A stretch of 64,000 bases of DNA from Octopus bimaculoides (GCF_001194135.2 NC_068989.1:38356138-38420137), one strand, 5' to 3'; positions 13,440 through 25,135 are shown, counted from the stretch's first letter. A program made the numbers and translations. The notes: a model not told the origin generated them from the letters alone.

Positions 13440-13790
13440 GAACTGAAACTGGGGTTTAACAGCTTGGAGAATCTGTTTGTTGGTTCCAAGGATTTTCAGC
13501 TTTGAATGAGAAAAAACTTTCAGCAAAGTATTTAGTGTGAAATCTGGGGTCAAGCTGAGGTACACTAAAGATAACGGGAGGAGGAGATACATGTGAATCT
13601 GGTGAGTTGGATTCAAGTTTGTGTGCAACTTGCTGGGTCAGAGAGAATTAAAGACACAGAAGAAATAGAATTTTGGTAGGGGACAGTGGTTGACATGTTT
13701 TGGTAACTGAATTGTTGAAGATCTGCCAGATGGCTTGCTTTTAGATTTAGACTAGGATGAGTGAGAACTGGATAAACTCAGAGTTAAATG
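13440..13790 (-). mobile_element. Old CR1-like LINE relic (pre-RT region)
   Basis: Minus-strand translations ...SNSPDSHVSPPP... and ...LKVFSHSKLKILGT... resemble the CR1-type linker before the KSxGPD motif. Frames are broken. Confidence 0.4.
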
Positions 13791-13851
13791 ATTTAAGACA
13801 TGACTAAATTTATGAATCAATAAATTGAGAGAGGGAGAGAAAGAAAGAAAT

Positions 13852-13882
<31 letters not shown>

Positions 13883-15349
13883 CAGCTGAATATATTGATA
13901 AATAATTTGAGTGGTAGTTGATTAGATATAGATAGAAAACAGAAAGAGATTGCTTGTAGATGGAGAAAGAAAAAAAAAGTAGATAAATGGATTGGCAGAT
14001 AGATTGATAAAGATATAGACAGATAAGAGTATTGTTTGATAGTAAGACAGCTGGTTAGTTTAAATGAAGAATGGATGTGTAGACAGATTAGATACAGTAA
14101 TCGACAAATAAGAAACTGCAAACAGGTTTAATGTTTAATGAAGAATGTTTAGAATTGGGGAAAAATTATGTGCACTAGATGCACTGAAATTATAAAGAGA
14201 CTAAACAATTGTGTATTAACAAGCATGAGCTACCTGAATGGCTTATATAAGTTCTATTATATGGAGAATATCATTACTTGTGGATATAAAGGGGTTAAGT
14301 TTAAAGTAACTGGGAGAATTGTTGTCTCTAGTCTTAAAAAAGATGTTCTCTTTCTATGAAATTAGACATGTGTGAAACGTGACTTTTGTTGTTGTTTAAC
14401 CCTAGGTTAGTCCTTTTGAGCTGACCTATACTCAAGTGTTTCAGCTATAACCATCTTGTCATTCTTATAGGAGTTATTTTTTTTTGGAACTACTTTGTCT
14501 AATGGTTCTCACTTTTTGAGATAATAGGGAACAATTTGAGAGCAATTTGGTTGCTATTTCTAACAGATCTGGTGAATATGTTGAGACTCACACATTCTAC
14601 AGCAGTATAATATTGGTATAAATGAAGACTTGTCATAAATCGATTCCAGTTTATTTTTGTTGTACTTTTAGAATTAACAACATATATATATTGTAGCTCA
14701 ATGTGTGAAAATAATTGCTACATTTCATGTTGCAGATGGAATAATTTTTTCATGAAGTATTTTAAATTATCATCATCATCATCATCAATATTTTTATACT
14801 ATTTTTTTCCTATAATGGTAAGGGTTGGATGAAGTGATTGTTCAGCTAGAGAATCCTCCCTACCCTATATTGATTCCTAGATTAGTTAGCTGCCATATCT
14901 CACACTTATCCTCCATTTTCAGCATGGTTTCTGTAGCTGGATGCCTTTCTTACCACCGATTAATTTAGAACATGCTCTGGGTGCATTTTATCAGGTCACT
15001 GATTCTAGAGAGATTGTCCAGCATCAGACAGTAATTTCATATGGTAAAACATCCCCGATACAATGATGAATATAGTCAAGCTGATAAGGGAGGCAAATTT
15101 TCTCCAAGTCACATCTATATGTGTCCTTCCTTTTGTTAAAGCATGATGCATCAATGTTTTTTGTTTTTTTTTTAAATAAAACGTTATATTAAGAAAGATG
15201 GGACGGGAGAAAATGGAACACATATGATAATAGATATACTTGATCAGAGTGGACCAGTTAGAAGCTAAATAAGAGCAACAACAAAAAGAACATAGTAATG
15301 ACTTAATAATTACAATAACATGACTATAAAGGCATACAAGATATAGATG

Positions 15350-16129
15350 CAATATGGACACATGTTTATCTGAGTTTTTGTTTCCCTCATACTCCACTAG
15401 TTCTGGAAGACCGTTGTTCCAAATTGCTCCCCAGACCATCACAGAATAGATATCGTATTTAATTGTTGGCTGCAATTTTTTCACATCAAATTCTTGATCA
15501 CAGTGTCTCCAGACCCACACTCAACCACTGGCAGAAAACACAGCAAATCTGGACCCATCAGAGAATATGACAGTGTCCCAAAATGCTAGTGGCCTCTCCA
15601 ACATCTCACTAATCCAATCTTTTCTCTGCTTGATATTAGCTGGTCAAAGAAGTGGCTTCCTTCTTGCTGCTCTGCTATAGTAGTCAAGTTTGTGGAGATA
15701 CCTGACAACTATTTTGGGACTGACAACAACTTGTTCTACTATGTCAGAGGCTTTGCAATGAAGATTATCCTCCACACTTCTCTTAACAAAGTGAAAGGTC
15801 TTGTCAGAAGGCTCTGGTTGACCTGGGTGAGGTGTTGCAGACACCTTCCTATCTCTGGTGAATTGCACAGTCACTCTATTAACTGCAGAAAGTGGGATCC
15901 CAAGGTTTTTTGTGATTTTACACTGACTATGTCCTCTTTCAAATTGACTCACAAAACAGCCTCTTTGAAATTCAGACAGTTCCAAGGCTTCTTGTGTATG
16001 TGGCATGATTAAACAGTCACATATAGAACCTGAAACATAAAAATGTCAATTAATAAAAAATATAAACCTTTTCAAGTTAAAATAAACATAAAACGATGTT
16101 TTATGGGGTGTCTATTTCTGTCATGCCTG
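15350..16129 (-). mobile_element. Tc1-like DNA transposon, 3'-truncated, with frameshifted transposase pseudogene
   Basis: Seen: paired-type HTH (ELSEFQRG...LGIPLSAVNRV), YLHKLDYYSRAARRKPLL, then after a frameshift VIFSDGSRF (first catalytic D) and SVMVWGAI. It stops before the second D. Putative left TIR start CAGGCATGACAGAAATAGACACCCC at 16129. Confidence 0.9.
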
Positions 16130-18767
16130 TGTGATTCTAAGTTCAATTTAAACTATGAGGCATCTTGGGCAAGTGCCTTCTGCCACACACATTGGAATAA
16201 CTTATTTCAAAATTGTGCAATGTGCATGTATGTATTGTGTGATGTGAAGTGACAGGCTTGGAAAGACAGGAAAAAAAGGGCATCAGCAAACAAAAACAAG
16301 TTTGTTGAAGATAGGCTGGATGATTGGTATATTTTGTTGGTGCAATGTAAGGAACAGAGGTGTGAAAGTTTTGGGTTGCAATACAGTGTGCTGTTGTAAA
16401 GTGAGGTATTGTTAGGAAATGTAAATGATGTGCTTGCCCCTACTAAAAAAAAAATGGTGTGGAAGAGCAATTGTGGGAGACTATTAATAAAAAGAATTTA
16501 TAGGAGAGAGAGAGAGAGAGAGAACCTCCTCAAGTAAACTCAACAAGGGTACCAGCCATACAAATATTGTAGATTAAACACAAGAAGACAAAGAAGACAG
16601 CTGAACCATCAGGTATAGTCGATGAAATGTCCTACATATCTAGCAGAGTACTAATTAATTGGTTATGTTTGTCACATGCATAGTCATTCAAGAAAGGACA
16701 TAAACCAATGATTGATGCAGTAATACAGAAGGGGCCTCAACCAATGAATGATGAGGAAGGCTCATAAGAAAGGGTTGTTGCAGTGGCAACATTATCACTG
16801 TGACAAGCGTAAAGATGCACAAGAGAAATGTAACTATGGCGTGTCCAACTGATTGCTTGCAGTCTGTTCTATTGTTGGTTGTTTGGAAGTGACATCTAAT
16901 ACGAAAAATGAAGATATAAATTTTAGGAAGACTTCACAAGCATTTACTGTTGTTGTTCTCCTCCTTCTTTGAAATTTGCAAAACTTGTACTCTTACACAT
17001 TTTAAAGTTCAGGGCCAATTTCAATTTCTTGACTCTTGCTTATACTCTCTCAATATCTTGACCCTTGCTTATATATACTATTATCAAGCCCTGTTGTCTT
17101 CCTCTTTCACCTCAAATGAATCTTTGTTGATTTTCACTAATTTAATTGAGTTACTATAAAAGTCTCCAAATATTTTCTTTAAAGTATTTTTAGCAGTAAG
17201 AGGTGCCATGAAAGGATCCCTTGACTACTAGAAGTGGTAACTAAATTTCCTGTAAATGGCATTATACTGTCTTGAATAAAGTCATATTGGAACCTGTAGA
17301 CTTAATATGCCTCTGAAAATATAAAATCCAAGAAAGGATTCTCTTTGGTTAGAATAGTTTTTCATGCTGTTAAGAATAGCAGTAAAGTCTTTCTTAAATT
17401 GCACTCTGTTGTCTTAAAAAAATACAATACAGATTAGATAATGTGATCCACTGCTGAGGGAAAAATAAACAATCTGGTCATAATTGAAACATCTTTGATT
17501 GTATGTCTGTTCAATCAGGATTGACTAGAGACTAAACAACAACACGATGAAGTACTCAAGGATCTTGGTTTGCTTGCTTGGGTAGACTGTGACAAGCATT
17601 TGTAAGATTATGACAAATGACATTGTGATGATCAATAGTTTAGGACCTAAAACTTTCTGTTACTTTGTATTGAATATAATGAATAAACAGTGGTCACTGA
17701 AGTTTATAAGTATCTGTAATTTCTAATTTTTATCAGAAGAAGCATGTAGATGTTCAGATTAATGGCCTGTAAAATACTTCCAATAAATTATTGGAGGCAA
17801 CTATAGTTGAGCTAGCAACCTAAAGACAGTCTGGCTAGAGGACATTGCTGTTTAAATGGCTAAGATGGAAGAATAAGTGAAGAGATCCTTAATTATTCAG
17901 ACATCTTAGCCAGTTTATTAAACGAGGTAAATTTGATGCTTTAAATAATTTTCTCCAAAATTTAGATTACATATTTGTATATACATGCATGTGCAAACAC
18001 AGACCTAAAAACATTCATTGGAAATTTAAGGTAGGTAGAGAGAGAAACACAAGTTTGAGATGGTCAAATCCAGTACCAACAAAAATAATTACTGGACTTG
18101 ATATGACCAAGTTAAACATCTTGAAAACAGTGATCCCAACATGGCCACAGTTTACAGAATGAAACAAGTGAATACTTAATATAAACTCACAGAAAACACA
18201 TGGAAATACATTACTGCACAAAAACGTAAACTGTAACATAGACACTTGCATTCAGGAGAAAATGCTTATACACATATATGTTACTCTTTGAAAGACTAGC
18301 TACTCTGCTCTTTGATAGATTCCATGAAGTACTAAGTTCAGATGGGAATGGGAAACGAGCCCAGAGTTGGAGTTTGCACCTTGCATCAATGAGATTGGGT
18401 CTCAACTGTAATGATTAAGCTACAGAGTTCCTGCCACTACACTTACTCATAATAGCGATTGTCTGCCATGTAATTCACAATGTAATTACCTCACAAGCTC
18501 TAGAGGCATGGTGTCTGTTCAATAGAGCTGTTTCTCTATCTGACACTAATTGTTATAAAATCTCAGCAATTCATAACACTGCCTGAATCATCAGTTTCAC
18601 TTGCTGAGAACAGTTTACACTTTGACTTTGTTTCTGGTGAGGAGAGAGAAAATTCAACACCCAGCTGTTTGTAAAATTACTTGTTTAAGCAGTATGTAAC
18701 AGTCCATTTTCAAAAACTGTCCAACTCATGCTAGTACTGAAAATTTGAAATAAAGTAACTATATATA

Positions 18768-19374
18768 GGTTCAAAAAAAAGGAAAAAAACAGCAACAAAA
18801 AACAACAACGTGAGGACGTGATACAGATTGTGTTACTAGACGCTGGGGAAAGGAAAGAGAGAGAATATGACGTTTCGAGTGGAGCTGTTTGTCGGAAACA
18901 AGGAAAGTTCAAAGAAGGGAAAAACGGAGGAAGAAAAAATATATAGCCACCGATGTCCACGAGGTTACATTGTGGAAGGACCGGAAGGGGAAGGGGTGGA
19001 GGAAAAGTTCTTTCTAAGACAGGAGAGTGCAAGAGGGAGGTAAGTATGTGTGCGTGCGTGCGGGTCTCTGTGTGTGTGTGTGTGTGGTTTGGCTGTTTAT
19101 CTGTTAATGTGTGTGTGTGTGTGTATCGTGTGACGTAGTGGAAGGAATTAGTAGCTGGAATAGTTTGGGAGTGGTTGTGGACAATGGTCAGTAGAAAGAG
19201 GGCTGACAGTTTTTGAGTATGTGTGTGGGCGTGTATGTGAGTGTTGTGTGGGTGTGATTTTCTAGCAGTGTGTGCCTGTATTTTTGTGTGCGTGTGTGTG
19301 TGTATATATATGTGTGTATACGTGTGTGTGTATATGTGTGCGGTTTGCTCTGTGGGTCGCACGTGGGTTATTTC

Positions 19375-19406
<32 letters not shown>

Positions 19407-19970
19407 ATATGCGCAGTATGTGTGCGTGCATGTGTTAATGTTTGTTGTGTGTGTATGTGTCTTGTGTGTGCCCATGTATATGTGTGTGTGCGTATGATGT
19501 GTCTGCATGTATGTATACTTGGGTGTGTGTGTGAGTGCGTGTTGTGTATGTGTAGGAGTTATGTGGGGTTCATTTGCATGTGTGTGTATGTGGGTTCGTT
19601 TGTGTATGTATGTGTATGTGTATATTGTGTATGTTTTTGTGCGTGCGTGTGTGTTTGTATGTGTGTGCATGTTGTGTATATGTGCGTTCCTGTGTACGTG
19701 CGTTTGCTTCTGTACGTGCGTGCATGTGCGTGTGTTGTTTATGCCCATGTGTGTGTGATTGTATGCGTGTCTGTGTGAGTGTGTTGTGTTTGTGAGAGGT
19801 GTGTGTGCGAGTATGTGTGCGTATGCGTGTGTATGTGTGTGCGTGTGTTTATGTGCGTATGTATATGTGTGCGTGTGTATGTGTATGTGGGTGTGTGCGT
19901 GTGTGTGTGTATGTGTCTGGATGTGCGTACGCCTGTGTGTGGGGGATAGTGAGTGTTAGGTACGTGTGCG
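18768..19970 (-). mobile_element. PLE-type 3' UTR/pLTR segment with (CA)-rich region and minimal hammerhead relic
   Basis: Seen: on minus, a ~900-bp degenerate (CA)n region, then unique sequence with CCGACAAACAGCTCCACTCGAAACGTC (18895-18869), then a T-rich tail ending at (TA)4 (18760-18767). PLE assignment is inferred from the hammerhead relic and the TA-flush end. Confidence 0.5.
19050..19960. repeat. Long degenerate (TG)n purine-pyrimidine tract
   Basis: Seen directly; source of many spurious V/C/Y- and H/T-rich ORFs. Confidence 0.9.
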
Positions 19971-19974
19971 TCGG

Positions 19975-21385
19975 AGCAAGGGTAATACATCTTTTGGTAG
20001 CAACCATAATAAACAATTTTTTAGAAACAGGTGTGATAAAGACAAGAATAAAATAAATAGGTACACGAAACGAAATAGTACTAATTTTGGATAAATAAAC
20101 TGAATGGTTCACGACCCAGAATAAGAGAGGTAATTTGGTTCCCCTCCCCCCTCTCTTTCTCTCTTAGGGTAAGAAATTTACCCAGGATGTTCTTTAGGAT
20201 CCTGGAGAATAACTTCCCTAAAGACCATAAATACTCTAGTATCTGCAACAGATCTTCAATTAAGCTTTCCTATTCTGGAATGCCTAATCTAGCATCGATT
20301 ATTGTCTCTCTTAATAGAAGCAAATTAAATAAGCTAAAACAATTTGAATATCCTTGCAATGGAAACCTCGGTTCTGATAAAACCAGTTGTAGGTCACACA
20401 ATGATAGTGGGACGTGCTCTCCATTCCTTCTGATTGTGCCGAAACCCGGGAATGGGAGGAATGGAATTGTAGATAAGGATAGACTAGCAAGTGCTGTTAC
20501 TGGCGCTGAAAATAAATTTAGGGGTAGCCAAAGTAAATTATGTAATTGTAGAGACCCTCTATTATGTCCTTTTGGCGGGCTCTGTCTGTGTATAAACGTC
20601 GTTTATAAATGTACTGTCAGGGACGAGAACAAACTAGATAAGTTTTATATAGGAAGCACGAAGGATTTTAAGGTTAGATATAGAGCGCATATGAGTTCGT
20701 TTTCAATTGAAAAATACTGTAGCTCTATCACACTCGCCTCTTATTTGCATGACCTCAAGAAGAAGAATATAAAGTACTCTCTTGAATGGTCTATTATATC
20801 GAGAGCCCCCTACTTTAAGGCAAATATTAGTAAATTTTCCTTATGTATTAGGGAATCCCTTGTGATACTCAGGTCTTTTGGACTAAAAACCTTAGATAAG
20901 TTCACCGAAGTAATCCCCTTCTGCAACCATAAGTTTTCCTCCACCTTCTTGAAACTGTATAGAAATAAAAATAAATTTAAAAACAATAGATAATAACAAG
21001 TGTAATAGTTTGCGTTAGGGTGATTTGAAACCTCGAAGATTGGTTTTGATACTGCAGCCTGTTTGACTATTCTAAAATAGCACTTTTTTTTTTTAATCTT
21101 TCCATTATTTGCATGGGCTTGTCTAAGGCTGGTCCATATTTCTTATTCTTTTATTTATTATTTCTCCTTACGTTATTTTTCTTACGTTATATCTTCCTAT
21201 TCCTTATGCTTGACGGATTATGTTGTATATCTTATATATGTTCATTGAGGGGTGTGATAGGTTGAGTCGTAGACCCAGCGTTTTCTATAACTAATATTTT
21301 ACTCTTGTCTCAAATTTTCTGAGCACTTCTCCTTGCAGCCCTGTATAAAATCTATTGGTTTCAGAATAAGAAACCATTAATATTA
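19975..21385 (+). mobile_element. 5'-truncated Penelope-like element (RT thumb/linker, GIY-YIG, 3' UTR) ending at (TA)n
   Basis: Seen: in-frame upstream ...REVIWFPSPLSFSLRVRNL (cf. PLE IIWFNPPFSxNVxTN), the ORF below, and an AT-rich tail ending cagaataagaaaccattaatatt directly at (TA)n 21384-21406. Confidence 0.9.
20187..20993 (+). pseudogene. PLE GIY-YIG endonuclease ORF remnant (268 codons; frame open from 20085)
   Basis: Seen: NNFPKDHKY...IKLSYSGMPN, CNCR..CP.GG.CL, VVY(KCTV)...FYIGST, RYRAHMSSF, LASYLHDLK, YSLEWSII, LCIRE, FCNHKF. These are hallmark Penelope/Poseidon-type C-terminal motifs. The RT core is absent. Confidence 0.9.
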
Positions 21386-21406
21386 TATATATATATATAT
21401 ATATAT

Positions 21407-21560
21407 TATTGTGTCTGGGGAGAGTCATTCTGTTTTAATGCCTTATTAATTAACGCATTCTCCGGTTCGATTTCCACTCATTTACTTATATATTTTTTCT
21501 AAAATTTTCATTGCTTCTTGCAACCACTTCAGTAGTCACTGACTCTGTCCGTTATCGGAA
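21407..21560 (-). mobile_element. Probable second PLE-type terminal fragment abutting the same (TA)n from the right
   Basis: Seen: unique sequence (attgtgtctggggagagtcattc...) starts flush at the right edge of (TA)n 21384-21406. Family identity is inference from recall and analogy only. Confidence 0.35.
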
Positions 21561-21601
21561 CTGCATTCTTTTTGTTTGTTTGTTTGTTTGTGCGCATGTG
21601 T

Positions 21602-21819
21602 ACTCTCTTTACTCTTTACTCTTTTACTTGTTTCAGTCATTTGACTGCAGCCATGCTGGAGCACTGCCTTTAGTCGACCAAATCGACCCCAAGACTAATT
21701 CTTTGGAAGCCTAGTACTTATTCTGTCGGTCTCTTTTGCTGAACCGCTAAACTACGGGGACGTAAACACACCAGCATTGCTTGTCAAGCGATGTTGGGGG
21801 AACAAACACAGACACACAA

Positions 21820-21895
<76 letters not shown>

Positions 21896-21999
21896 GGCGG
21901 GCTTCTTTCAGTTTCTGTCTACCAAATCTACTCACAAGGCTTTGGTCGGCCCGAGGCTATAGTGGAAGACACTTGCCCAAGGTGCCACGCAGTGGGACT
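21602..21999 (-). mobile_element. tRNA-derived SINE family A with CORE-containing tail, 5'-truncated with fold-back
   Basis: Seen: revcomp of cagtcccactgcgtggcaccttgggcaagtgtcttc...gggccgaccaaagccttgtgagtagatttggtagacagaaactgaaagaagcccgccg, internal (TA)/(TG) spacer, and tail ...gcagtgctccagcatggctgcagtcaaatgactgaaacaagtaaaag. Confidence 0.85.
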
Positions 22000-22030
22000 G
22001 CGTGGCATCTTGGGCAATGTGTATATATAT

Positions 22031-22440
22031 TCTTTTATTCTTTTACTAGTTTCAGTCATTTGTCTGTGGCCATGCTGAAGCACTGCCTTTAATCGAGCAA
22101 ACTAATCCCAGGACTTATTCTTTGTAAGCCTAGTACTTATTCCATCAGTCTCTTTTGCTGAACTGCTAAGTTATGGGGGACGTAAACACACCAACATCGG
22201 TTGTCAAGTGGTGGTGTGGGAGACACACAAATACATACATATATATATGACACACAAATGCATACATACATATATATATGACAGGCTTCTTTCAGTTTCC
22301 ATCTACCAAATCTACTCACAAGGCTTTGGTTAGCCTGAGGCTATAGTAGAAGACACTTGCCCAAAGTGCCATGTGATGGGACTGAAATCAGAACCATGTG
22401 GTTGTGAAGCAAGCTTCTTAGACACAGCCGCTCTTGCACC
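22031..22440 (-). mobile_element. Full-length tRNA-derived SINE family A, tandem to the previous copy
   Basis: Seen: complete head (ggtgcaagagcggctgtgtctaagaagcttgc...ggttctgatttcagtccc) through the same tail as 21602-21999. Confidence 0.85.
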
Positions 22441-22481
22441 TATATATATCTGAGTGTGGCATGTCTATCAACTATATGTAT

Positions 22482-22736
22482 AAAGGAGCACTCTATCAGT
22501 TATTATGACGAGGGTTCCAGCTGATACAATCAATGGAACAGCTTGCTCATGAAATTAGTGTGCAAGTGGCTGAGCATTCCACAGACGTGTACCCTTAACG
22601 TAGTTCTCAGAAAGATTCAGCATGACAGAGAGTGTTACAAGGCCAGCCCTTTGAAATACAGGTACTACTCATTTTTGCCAGCTGTGTGGACTGGAATAAC
22701 GTGAAATAAAGTGTCTTGCTCAAGACACAATGCACC
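22482..22736 (-). mobile_element. 5'-truncated SINE family C flanked by 24-bp direct repeats
   Basis: Seen: revcomp head ttgtgtcttgagcaagacactttatttcacgttattccagtccacacagctggcaaaaatgagta and 3' ...gagtgctccttt. The sequence atatctgagtgtggcatgtctatc occurs at 22446-22469 and 22760-22783. Confidence 0.8.
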
Positions 22737-22821
22737 TTCACACACACACGCACATACACATATCTGAGTGTGGCATGTCTATCTACAATCTATCTACTAT
22801 CTATCTATCTATCTCTCTCTC

Positions 22822-22870
<49 letters not shown>

Positions 22871-23099
22871 TATACAGGAGTAAAATGGTATATTAAATTG
22901 TGATTTTATGCCAACAAAAATAAGTAAAATGTTGATAAATAGATTGATAAAATAATTATCAGGCAAAAATAAGTTTGGTATGATTACATTAACCTTTTGT
23001 AGATGGTGCTCTGGCATAGCCATAGGACAATAATAAAACCACTAAAGCCCTATTCTGTAACTGTATGCACACATGCACATTCCTACAGAAAATCTACAA

Positions 23100-23300
23100 A
23101 GTCATCAGACACCATAGAATTACAAATGAAGAAATCCTTCTGCAAAACAAATCCCAGCCACTGTAAACATTGATGTTGCTTCAGTTTCAACCTGGCTGGT
23201 TTTATTTTATGCCTTACCAGTCAGTTGGCATAGAAAGAACTGCAGCAGATGAACCACACTGGAGGAAGCTTGCTACTGCATGCATCTCACAACAAAGGGG
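23100..23300 (+). mobile_element. Decayed RTE C-terminal fragment
   Basis: HHRITNEEILLQ resembles the RTE WxxxITNEEIL motif; frames are broken. Confidence 0.4.
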
Positions 23301-23927
23301 AGCTTAAGTCTCACTGATTTTATATATTGAATGGGACTGAACAAATGCTCAATTCATTTCATATATGTGGATGATGAAAATGAATCTTCATCTTGCAGCT
23401 TGAGTTTCATGCCACCCTGAACTTCAGGCAATGTGTGTGTATGTGTATATAAATATGTGCATTTCAAAACCTGTAGATAAAAGTCATGTCATTATTTCCC
23501 TGCCATCATCTACTGCTACTATAATAATTCCTACATCTTTTAACTAGCAAGTCATGTGCTATTTCTCATTTTTCCATCATCCTTTCCGTATCTCAGCTCT
23601 CAAACCTTAACTAAACATTCTGTGCAATAGTTTGTCACCACAAGAACGGCCCACTGGGATTCATTCCATCTTCATCAGTCACATCGATCTCCCTAGTCTA
23701 GGAATCACTGCAAAGATCATTGACATCTTCCACTTTACTGCTTAAGCAATAAAAATCAATTTGTGTGTAAAACATCATGAGCATTAATCTCCAGTCAATC
23801 TCATACTATTACTACTTGTACTGCTACAGCTACTACTACTGCTGCTGCTGTTGCCATCACTGCTGCTGTTGCCACCACAGCTGCTTAACCCTTTCTACCA
23901 CCACAATCATCATTATCATCACCATCA

Positions 23928-25135
23928 AGATAGTAGGTTGGCAGAATCTTTAAATGTCATATTGTTCTGATTCTTTACATTATGAGTTCAAATACAGCCA
24001 GGCAAAGTTTGTTTTCTGGATTTGATCAAATATAATACCAGTCAAGTACTGGGGTTGATGTAATTCCCCACCCTCTCTTACCAAATTTCTAACCTTATTA
24101 CCAAATAGAGGAACAACTATTAAGTGTCATCATTAGAGTGTTGGAAAAAATGCCTTTCAGTATTTAGTTATGATACTTTATGTTTTGAGTTCAAATTAAC
24201 TTTTGTCATTCTAGTTTCCAATACTGGGGTAATTTTAAATGATTAACCCTCTCCTCAGAGATTTCTGATCTTGCATCTATATAATAGATCATTAATATTA
24301 TTAGAGCAATTAAGGCGGCAAGCTGCCAAAAATTTTAGCATGTTGGACAAATTGTTGTCTTTCTTGTAACTCATTACATTCTAGGTTTAAATTCTGTCAT
24401 CCTTCTGGGGTCATTAAAATAAAGTACCAGTTAATTACTGGAGTTGGTGGTATTAAAGAACCTCTGTTGGTTATGTGTCAAAATTAGAAAAGATATTGTT
24501 AGGGCTGTGAATTGGTTGAATTTTTGGACAAAATATTTTGTTCTCTCCCTGAGTTCAAATACTACTGAGATCAACTTTGTCTTTTGTTTTCAGGGACCAA
24601 TGTAATCAGCTGCTCTCTGCCTCCAAATTCGAAGCATTGTGTCTTTAACAGAAATTACTATAATTATTATTTGCTCAGCTTGTCACAGGGATCCTGTGAA
24701 CAAGCTGGGTGGAAGGGTACTCTAGGATATGTGGGTTTCTTTAATTGATCCTAGGTGGTTACCCATTATTGGGACATCCCAATTCCTTCAATTTCTATCC
24801 TTTGATTTGCTTGCCTGTTTATGTTTCATAATCTGGTCTGCATTCTCCAACATCTACAACCATCTTCCTCACAGCAAATACATCATTAAAATAATGTAAA
24901 TAATGTAAAACATTATTGTCGTATTATTAACCTGCTATTGAGAACTAAACAAAATGTTTTGTATTATTTAGTTACATTCTGAGTTCAAACACTGCTGAGT
25001 TTGACTTTATCTTTCATCCTTTTGTGGTCAATAGAATAAGTACCAATTGTGCACTAGGATCAATGTAATCAACTAGCTCCCCTCCCATCTCAGAATTTCA
25101 GACCTTATGCCTATAGTAGAAAGAAACATTCAGTT
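23928..25135 (+). mobile_element. Cluster of five same-orientation degenerate CORE-type SINEs (family B)
   Basis: Seen: (t)gagttcaaa/aggtttaaa B-box at ~23985, 24187, 24385, 24551 and 24981, each followed by variants of tttcatcct...aagtaccag...actgggg...tgtaatc and an attatt tail. Confidence 0.7.

Noticed and set aside
16600-16635. CTGAACCATC…GATGAAATGTCC, a hammerhead-like relic
   Set aside because: The core lacks GA and stem I has only 2 bp. It may be an ancient PLE remnant but cannot be supported.
18000-18650. Possible mariner transposase remnant on plus strand
   Set aside because: Only vague similarity; no WVPHEL/YSPDLAP motifs or TIRs.
21200-21290. Expected hammerhead in the tail of the GIY-YIG-bearing PLE
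   Set aside because: No CUGANGA/GAAA pair is recognisable; if once present it has decayed.
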